Of a DNA stretch of 32,000 bases, positions 6,001-12,715 are shown one piece after another; position 1 is the stretch's first letter, and every line of letters begins with the position of its first letter. The translations under genes and the position numbers were made by a program. Source of the DNA: Candidatus Methylomirabilis oxygeniifera (GTDB lineage Bacteria > Methylomirabilota > Methylomirabilia > Methylomirabilales > Methylomirabilaceae); the NCBI GenBank assembly GCA_000091165.1, contig FP565575.1:1530001-1562000 (forward strand), in the 5' to 3' direction. The notes beneath the pieces are model-generated. The model made no database searches. It had not been told where the DNA came from and was given only the letters and a program-made list of their open reading frames with translations.

Positions 6001-8625
6001 AGGTTCCTCCGTGTCGGGGGCCAGCGCTTTTCCGTCCACAATCGCCAAGTTGTCCGTCGCTACGGCATTGCTCGGTTCCAGCGAAAGGACTTTCCGATAA
6101 AACGCCCGTGCCTGGTCGAATCGGCCGATCTCGGCGTAGCAATTGCCGACAATGAGGAGGGTCTCCACATCATGAGGCGCGTGCCGCAATACGGTCAGGT
6201 AGCTTTCAACAGCCTCGGTATAGCGCGCACTATCAAGACACAGACGGCCTAACAGCTTCAGCGCATCGATGTCGGCGGAATTCGCCGCCAAGACGCGACG
6301 GATAGACGCCTCCGCCTCCTCGCCGCGGCCCATATGGAGATAGACAGCCGCCAGATTGAGATGGGCGGCAGGGTAATCGGGGGCCAGGACCGTAGCTTTC
6401 ACGAACTCGCGGCGGGCGGCCTCCACGTCGCCGAGTTGCAGCAGGACGTTGCCATGGGCGACGATCAGCTCGGGATCGTGCGGAGCGAGTTGCACCGCCT
6501 GACTGAGCGCCTGCGCGGCGGCAGGCGGATCACCCTGAGCGAGGTGCTGCTCGGCCTGACGGATTTGTTCGATGACGTTGGCCGGTAGAGCCTCTTTCGA
6601 CGGCATCGCCAGGATGAGAAACTGAAGGGTCTTCAACTCCAGGAGCTCATCTGCGCCGACGTTCTTAATAACGATTTTACCCGTATCAATGTTGACACTA
6701 CCGCCGTCGCACTGAATGTTCCTGCAACGAACATCCGGAGCGCTTACGACCTTGAGTACGTTATAGCCGGTTTCGCGAAAGAATCGCTTTATTTCCTCGA
6801 GGGTAAAAAAACGCAGATGGGTCACGTCCAACAGGCCAATTTTTTCATACCGCCAGCGTCCATGAGCCAACTCATTCATTACCCAGAGATTGCGGATGTT
6901 CGGAATACTGGCAATAATCTGCGCACCAGGCGCAAGAAACGGCTTGAGCCTGATCATGGCGGACCAGGGATCCACCATATGCTCCAAAACGTCGCCGAGA
7001 ATGACGGCATCTATTGAGCGTTCGGCAATACCCTCGGCGGCAAAATCGATATCCTCCATACGCTGAGCATACACCTTGTCGATGTGTTGCTCCGCGATGT
7101 GGGCCGCTGCTACGTTGAGCTCGACGCCAAGAACATACGCTTCAGGATAGACTTTCTTGATGAGAGCTCCGGTGGCTCCAGCGGCGCAGCCGATCTCTAA
7201 AACCAGGCGCGGTGGCCTAACGAACATTTCTACGAGATCCCTGCGCGGATGAGTATATTCGCTCTTCACCCCGCCCTCATCGCCTTTTGCCAGCTCCTCC
7301 CAGACATAGTCCTTGTTCGGAGATAACGTGGCATTTCGTTCGCGCTTCAGCGCCATTTCCGTCATGAGCGCGACCACGCGCTCCGTCGCCTTACCGTCCT
7401 GACCGACATTGTAATAATCCGCTTTTGCCCGCATGGCCTCCACGAGACCCTCACGAAAAGAGGCATTTTCAAGCAGTAAGCGAATCGCCGTCGAGAGCTC
7501 TGGGGGTTCCACATCCAGGATGCCGGATCCCCCGTCGAAACTCGGCCCTAACCGCAACCCCGACGTGTCGACCAGATTGATCGCAGGCACGCCTGCAAGC
7601 AGGGCCTCTAAGGACAGATTGGAATCGACTGAAATGACGATATCGGCGCTGGCGACTAAGGCTTCCGTATCTGCTGTGGCGTAGATGACCCGTTCTCTCG
7701 GTAGATGTAAATCGTCCGCAATTTGCGCCACCGTCTCCCGGCCGGCCGCTGCATTGGCAGGACGATCTTTAATGAGAAAGTTTACCGAAATCCCATCCCG
7801 AATAAGTGTGTGGCATGCGGATAAAAAGACGCGTAGCGTCCTTCTATAGACATCGGCATCAGAAATCGCGGTCAGTTTTGCGTCCCAGGTCGCACCGAAC
7901 ACGACTAACGGCAATGCTCGATGTAAGCCGTACTTGGTGAATAGACCGCACTTAATCTGCTCGCGCTGTTCCCGCAAAGCGGGATAGATATCCCATGCGG
8001 GATTTCCCGTTACTCGGATACGCTCTTCCGACACCCCGGCGTCCAGAAGGCTCTCGGCGCCTCGCTTGCCGAAAACAGCCACCACATCGCTGAGCACTGC
8101 CGAATGCACCGTGTAGGCCTTCACGAGCGCAGTCGCATGAGAGAGATGCAGCGTGGGAATGCGATGCGTTTTGGCCCACTCTACCGCACATCTGGGAACG
8201 GACGTCCAGTCCTCGTTGACAACTACCAGCTCAATGAAATACTCACGCCATGCTTTCTCTAGAGCCTCAAGAACGATCATTCCACGCTGAACGCACGGCA
8301 ACAGCGCATCGGTGATGAGCGGCTTCACACGTTCCGCATCCAGGTGAAGGGTTTCGGCAAAAGATACCCAGCCCTGCTCCGACATAGCGCGGGAAGCATC
8401 ACGATTCACTGCTGCCGCTTTCTGCCCGATGGTGTGGATTTCACCAGCGTCAAGCAATTCCTCCAAGGCGACGACGGTGCCTCCAACCGCTGACACCAGG
8501 CGGCGTAATTCTACGGTGATAGCCCCACGCAGGGTCAAGACGATCCGAGGTCGCGTAGCGAGATACTGCTCCAACACGGGAACGGACTTCGGCCACAAAA
8601 GGGAGACCAGCGCGGTTTGCTTCAT
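1..8625 (-). CDS. Giant modular glycosyltransferase / methyltransferase / TPR protein (partial, C-terminus beyond window, at least 2875 codons)
   Basis: Start ATG (minus) at 8625-8623, '[26 protein letters not shown]...'. Frame read through to base 1 without a stop. Encodes recognisable modules: GT-B-like, SAM-MTase '[13 protein letters not shown]', TPRs, and several GT2 '[45 protein letters not shown]...[14 protein letters not shown]'. ATGA overlap with the upstream methyltransferase stop. Not listed in the supplied ORF track. Confidence 0.88.
   Translation of the reverse strand, partial: [2875 protein letters not shown]
500..1292 (-). other. Module 9: GT2 glycosyltransferase domain (approximate boundaries)
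   Basis: '[41 protein letters not shown]...[46 protein letters not shown]...[32 protein letters not shown]'. Confidence 0.88.
1291..1398. repeat. Low-complexity, intergenic-style repeats inside the coding frame
   Basis: 1291-1318 is a 7-bp tandem array (cgtgagg x4, last unit cgtgaga). 1365-1396 is cttcagccttcagccttcggccttcggcctt. Translates to linker [41 protein letters not shown]. Confidence 0.85.
1420..2200 (-). other. Module 8: GT2 glycosyltransferase domain (approximate boundaries)
   Basis: '[23 protein letters not shown]...[12 protein letters not shown]...[43 protein letters not shown]...[24 protein letters not shown]'. Confidence 0.88.
2340..3065 (-). other. Module 7: GT2 glycosyltransferase domain (approximate boundaries)
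   Basis: N-terminal part identical to module 4; C-terminal part diverged but homologous ('...[22 protein letters not shown]...'). Confidence 0.88.
2746..3659 (-). repeat. 914-bp direct repeat, copy 2 (inside giant ORF)
   Basis: Identical by eye to 5671-6584 at constant offset 2925 (= 3 x 975, in frame). The ORF track independently shows identical translations at 3001-3327/5926-6252, 3023-3217/5948-6142 and 3409-3659/6334-6584. Confidence 0.93.
3105..3665 (-). other. Module 6: TPR repeats, copy 2 (identical to copy 1)
   Basis: Same '[35 protein letters not shown]...' translation as 6030-6590. Confidence 0.85.
3850..4940 (-). other. Module 5: GT4-like glycosyltransferase domain (approximate boundaries)
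   Basis: '[40 protein letters not shown]...[32 protein letters not shown]...[51 protein letters not shown]'. Confidence 0.85.
5270..5990 (-). other. Module 4: GT2 glycosyltransferase domain (approximate boundaries)
   Basis: '[24 protein letters not shown]...[14 protein letters not shown]...[56 protein letters not shown]'. Confidence 0.9.
5671..6584 (-). repeat. 914-bp direct repeat, copy 1 (inside giant ORF)
   Basis: See 2746-3659. Identity ends abruptly at both sides (2745 c vs 5670 t; 3660 a vs 6585 g). Confidence 0.93.
6030..6590 (-). other. Module 3: TPR repeats, copy 1
   Basis: '...[121 protein letters not shown]' has TPR periodicity. Confidence 0.85.
6620..7325 (-). other. Module 2: class I SAM-dependent methyltransferase domain (approximate boundaries)
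   Basis: '[35 protein letters not shown]...[40 protein letters not shown]'. Confidence 0.8.
7360..8625 (-). other. Module 1: GT-B-fold-like domain resembling surface-polysaccharide / CDP-glycerol-type transferases (approximate boundaries)
   Basis: Translated minus strand: '...[56 protein letters not shown]...' and '...[34 protein letters not shown]...'. Confidence 0.55.
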
Positions 8626-9881
8626 GACTGACTCTCTTCAAAAGCCTGAAAATACTTTTCCAATAGGTTTCGGGTGAAGTCGTATTCCATTCCTGCCCCC
8701 AAGTTCACCCCCCTGAAATTCAGGATACCGGCCACTTTCTCTGGGTGGCACCAACTCTGAGCGATAGCAGATGTCTTCCGGTCGAGCTGTTCCTGCTCCC
8801 ACCACATCTCGAACGTGCGCGCGTGGCGTTCCTCCAGAAAGGAGGTAAGCCTGAGAATCTGCGGGTCTTTCCAAAAGCTCGCCCAGAGAAAGAAAAATAC
8901 GACGCGATTTCGCTCATGATCGAGGTGCCGATTTAACACCGACTTCCACTCTTCCGGCGGCATAGGTAGATATGGCGATAGCGCCTCCAACGAGGCGTTT
9001 GCGTGCAGAATATTGTTCAACCGGTTGTTACGCTCCAGCCAGGCGTGGTTTACGTCCTTGCCGGGAAACTTGTCCAACACAACCATAAACCGACCAGTCG
9101 TCACGCTGCTCAAATGAAAAGCCAGGTCCGTTTCAAGAAACATGCACAAATCGAATAGCTTATTGTCTACCCCAATCCAGGACAGATGTCGCCGCCACCA
9201 GTACGCACTATTGAGAGGTCGACTATCAAAAGGAGATCGATATAGACTGTAGTTGTTCAAGAGGCCGTACGGGACAATCGCGTGAATGGTGAGTCCTAAC
9301 TCATCTGCCGCAGCGGCAATGTCCTCTACCCCGACATACATTGAAAAATCACTACATGTATTATTTCGAATAAGCTCCTCAATCGTGATACGTCGACCGT
9401 GTATATATTCCAGGTGATCCAGAGAATGAAGATCAAAAATAATACGCCCGCGATCGGCGATTTTTGCTGTCCATTTTTCGAGTACCTGACGCCAATGCGG
9501 AAAATGAACCATTACATGAAGCGCCATGATGGTGTCAAAATCGGCTGCTCTGCCCGGTAGATCGAGCACATCGCCTTGTAATAATGTGATTGGGGTATCT
9601 CCGGCGAGACGCCGACATTCATCCAGCATAGCGTGAGAGCTGTCCACGCCTGTAACTCTTAAACCTTTTCGCGCCAAGGGCAAGGAGGCGCGACCTGTGC
9701 CGATGCCCACATCCAATATCTTTTGACCCACCGTGAAGGTCTCGCATAGCCCGGGCTCAATAAGATGATACAGACGCCCCGCCCCCGAATAGTCACGCAT
9801 GCGCTGCGAATACCAGCCCACCATCCGCGGATCTTTCCACGCATCGGTCTTCCATTGTATTAACTGTGTCGCATTCGTCAT
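8622..9881 (-). CDS. SAM-dependent methyltransferase
   Basis: 'KILDVGIGTGRASLPLARKGLRVTGVDSSHAMLDECRRLAGDTPITLLQGDVLDLP...'. Start moved from 9902 to ATG at 9881 (MTNATQL...), preceded by minus-strand gggagggggattcc. C-terminal half is of unknown function. Confidence 0.85.
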   Translation of the reverse strand: MTNATQLIQWKTDAWKDPRMVGWYSQRMRDYSGAGRLYHLIEPGLCETFTVGQKILDVGIGTGRASLPLARKGLRVTGVDSSHAMLDECRRLAGDTPITLLQGDVLDLPGRAADFDTIMALHVMVHFPHWRQVLEKWTAKIADRGRIIFDLHSLDHLEYIHGRRITIEELIRNNTCSDFSMYVGVEDIAAAADELGLTIHAIVPYGLLNNYSLYRSPFDSRPLNSAYWWRRHLSWIGVDNKLFDLCMFLETDLAFHLSSVTTGRFMVVLDKFPGKDVNHAWLERNNRLNNILHANASLEALSPYLPMPPEEWKSVLNRHLDHERNRVVFFFLWASFWKDPQILRLTSFLEERHARTFEMWWEQEQLDRKTSAIAQSWCHPEKVAGILNFRGVNLGAGMEYDFTRNLLEKYFQAFEESQS

Positions 9882-9962
9882 GGAATCCCCCCTCCCACAC
9901 ACACACCGGTATTATTCTCAGAATCTGTGCCCGCGCCTCTCTCTCAAGGCGCCAACAGATCG

Positions 9963-11021
9963 TTACTCCAGGAGGTCCCAGCTCAACGGGGTACCCTTCT
10001 TGATCGTCTTGCGGGCCCGGCGCTCCAAAACGAGCGGTAAGAACTTCGGTAGAAGGCCATGGCCCGGCCGGATGGCCCGCACGTTTACCGCGGAGAATGC
10101 CTCGCCGGCATCCATATCCTGCACCACAAACAGCGATCGGCGGAAGATCAACGACTTCTTTTCGTCTTCGGTGGGCCCATAGCTTACCTTGCCAAGGGCT
10201 TGCCAAGCACGCTTGGTTTCTATGACCAACTGCATCATCTCCTCGGGCTCCATGGAAAAAGCTGAATCGACACCGTCATCTGTTCTGTGCAGGGTAAGAT
10301 GTTTCTCGATGACCGTCACCCCCAGCGCCACGCTGGCCACCGCCACACCTACACCCATCGTGTGATCCGATAAGCCTACTTCACAATCAAACAGCTCGCG
10401 CATGTGCGGAATTGTAAGGATATTGGCGCTGGTCGGTGACGCCGGATAGGCGCTGGTACATTTCAACAGTACCAGTTCGCGGCAGCCGGCCTCACGGGCG
10501 GCGCGAATGCTCTCGTCGAGTTCGGCAACCGTCGCCATACCCGTCGACATCATGATCGGCTTACCGGTTGCCGCTACCTTGCTGATCAGCGACAGGTCGG
10601 TATTTTCGAACGAGGCGATCTTATAGCAAGGCACATCGAGAGACTCCAGGAACTCTACTGCGGTTGCATTAAAGGGAGTACTGAAGGCCAACAGTCCCAA
10701 CTTGCGGGCACGATCAAAAATGGGCTTGTGCCACTCCCAAGGTGTGTAGGCCTCTTGGTACAGCCTGTAGAGCGACTTACCTTGCCAGAGACTATCGGGA
10801 TCGGAAATAGAGAATTTGGCCTCCTCCAGATCCAAGGTCATCGTGTCGGCGGTATAGGTTTGGATTTTCATGGCGTGTGCCCCAGCCTTGGCTGCCGCTT
10901 CCACTATCGCAAGCGCCCGGTCCACAGACTGATTGTGGTTGCCGGACATCTCGGCGATGATCAGCGGGGGGTCGCTGGCGCCAATCCTCCGACCTGCCAA
11001 CGAAATGGCTGACTTAGGCAT
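9963..11021 (-). CDS. pseI: Pseudaminic acid synthase (NeuB/PseI family)
   Basis: 'PLIIAEMSGNHNQSVDRALAIVEAAAKAGAHAMKIQTYTADTMTLDL...CEVGLSDHTMGVGVAVASVALGVTVIEKHLTLHRTDDGVDSAFSMEPEE' with C-terminal SAF-like region. Confidence 0.93.
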   Translation of the reverse strand: MPKSAISLAGRRIGASDPPLIIAEMSGNHNQSVDRALAIVEAAAKAGAHAMKIQTYTADTMTLDLEEAKFSISDPDSLWQGKSLYRLYQEAYTPWEWHKPIFDRARKLGLLAFSTPFNATAVEFLESLDVPCYKIASFENTDLSLISKVAATGKPIMMSTGMATVAELDESIRAAREAGCRELVLLKCTSAYPASPTSANILTIPHMRELFDCEVGLSDHTMGVGVAVASVALGVTVIEKHLTLHRTDDGVDSAFSMEPEEMMQLVIETKRAWQALGKVSYGPTEDEKKSLIFRRSLFVVQDMDAGEAFSAVNVRAIRPGHGLLPKFLPLVLERRARKTIKKGTPLSWDLLE

Positions 11022-11607
11022 TGGGCTTCTCCGTCAGGATCCGAAAGCTCTTCATCAGTTTTTCTACGGGAGTATCCCACCCCCGCGTGAGCAGATGTGC
11101 TACCCGCTCGCGATCCTTGAGCCGGTGGCAGGAGCCCCCGGGCGGTTGTGGGACGGGAGTAACACTTCCGGCGCGAATCGCAGGCCAGCTTTCTCGGAAC
11201 AGATCCTCGACGGCCGCGCTCAGGCGAGCATAGCTGGAGGCGAGCGTGTCTCCTGGCTCTGGAAATACCTTACGCCGCGCGACAAGCGGGCCGGTATCCA
11301 GACCGCCATCCACGAAATGAATGCTGACGCCCTTGGGGGTGTCGTCGACAAAGGACCACAGATTGGGATCCGAACCTCGGTTCCAGGGCAGGTACGAGAT
11401 GTGTAGATTAACGATCTGGCTGGGCATCGCCCACAACCAATCCTGCCGGATTAGGTGCCGATAGCCGTAGCTGACCAGAAAGTCGTATTTATTCGCCACA
11501 AGGGATGCCGCCAGCAAGGGCGCATCTGTCCGGGTAACCTCATCGCCCACCCCTGTCAGGTAGCCTTCGAGGCTCGGCCTTTCGGAGCCAAGAAGGAGCA
11601 CGCGCAC
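11014..11607 (-). CDS. Formyltransferase-family protein (putative sugar-nucleotide N-formyltransferase)
   Basis: 'QIVNLHISYLPWNRGSDPNLWSFVDDTPKGVSIHFVDGGLDTGPLVARRKV' is the formyltransferase core (HxSxLPxxRG...D.G.D.G). Start reassigned to GTG at 11607 with aggagg upstream, immediately after the pseG stop (11609-11611); the ORF track start is 11655. Confidence 0.85.
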   Translation of the reverse strand: MRVLLLGSERPSLEGYLTGVGDEVTRTDAPLLAASLVANKYDFLVSYGYRHLIRQDWLWAMPSQIVNLHISYLPWNRGSDPNLWSFVDDTPKGVSIHFVDGGLDTGPLVARRKVFPEPGDTLASSYARLSAAVEDLFRESWPAIRAGSVTPVPQPPGGSCHRLKDRERVAHLLTRGWDTPVEKLMKSFRILTEKPNA

Positions 11608-11608
11608 C

Positions 11609-12715
11609 TCAAGCCTCCTGCATGGCGATGGATACGCGCGTCGCGCCGAGGCCATCCACCCGTTCCAGCGCGCGCGCCGACATGCGTGTAAGCGCAGCCC
11701 GCGCCTCGATGAGTTCGCGGATTGCGCGCTCCATGGCGTCGACCGTTACCTGACCCGTGTGCCCGAGCCAGCGGATCCCTCTGCGCCGAGCAAGTTCAGA
11801 CGCAATAGGTCGTTGGTTGTCCGCAAGGGTAATCACCAGTGACGGCAGTCCCAAGCAGCAGCGCTCCCAGGTGGTAGTGCCACCAGCGCCGATGGCGAGA
11901 TCGGCTCGGACCATCAGTGGCGCAAGGGTCGGCAAGCCGCTGTGAAGATGAACGTTAGCGTACCCAGCCGTTTGCTGGCAAATACTTTCCGCGTGGGGGC
12001 TGCTCCCATTGACCACCACATCCAGATCGATATCGGAGCGGCCCAGCGTAAGAAACGCTTCGATTGCCATGCCGGTTAAGTTACCCACATCAGCCCCACC
12101 AAAGTAGACTAAGATGCGCCGGATCGGTCCGTCGCGAGGAGGAACCCGATCGTGCAGTTCGGCATACTCGGGCTGCAGGAGCGCATACTGCGGCCCCAGC
12201 ATCAGTCCGCAGTGCGCAGGCACCTTCCCGGCATAGCGCGCTTCACCATTGCTGAAAAGATTCTGGTCCAACAACAGGTCGCAGTCATGGGAACGATCAG
12301 CAAGGTCGTCAATGACCATGAGGCGTTTGGTGTGAGATCGTAAGGCAGACTCCCATCTCGCATCCAGGGCATAGTGATCGATAATAAGCCAGTCGACTGT
12401 ACCAAATATCCCGCCGATCGCCTCGCTAGTTTCTTCTGCGTCTTGTTCCCATGAAGCGCCAAGCCAATGAGCATGCTTCAGCAGGTTAACTCCATCAGTT
12501 GTGTCGTCAGCGCGAAACTCGGACATTACGGGCAGCCGAAACACACCACATCCCCGCGCAGCAATTTCCTGGCACAAATGGCCGGGATGCTCCCGACTCA
12601 CAAACAATATCTCCGCACCCTTCCCCTTCAAGGCCATCGCCAGGGTGAGACACCGCATCACATGGCCCATACCGATGGTCAAGGAGGCGTCGGCACGAAT
12701 GATGATACGGCTCAT
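11609..12715 (-). CDS. pseG: UDP-2,4-diacetamido-2,4,6-trideoxy-beta-L-altropyranose hydrolase-like protein
   Basis: 'MSRIIIRADASLTIGMGHVMRCLTLAMALKGKGAEILFVSREHPGH...VDVVVNGSSPHAESICQ...LAIGAGGTTTWERCCLGLPSLVITLADNQRPIA' is typical of PseG. Confidence 0.92.
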   Translation of the reverse strand: MSRIIIRADASLTIGMGHVMRCLTLAMALKGKGAEILFVSREHPGHLCQEIAARGCGVFRLPVMSEFRADDTTDGVNLLKHAHWLGASWEQDAEETSEAIGGIFGTVDWLIIDHYALDARWESALRSHTKRLMVIDDLADRSHDCDLLLDQNLFSNGEARYAGKVPAHCGLMLGPQYALLQPEYAELHDRVPPRDGPIRRILVYFGGADVGNLTGMAIEAFLTLGRSDIDLDVVVNGSSPHAESICQQTAGYANVHLHSGLPTLAPLMVRADLAIGAGGTTTWERCCLGLPSLVITLADNQRPIASELARRRGIRWLGHTGQVTVDAMERAIRELIEARAALTRMSARALERVDGLGATRVSIAMQEA

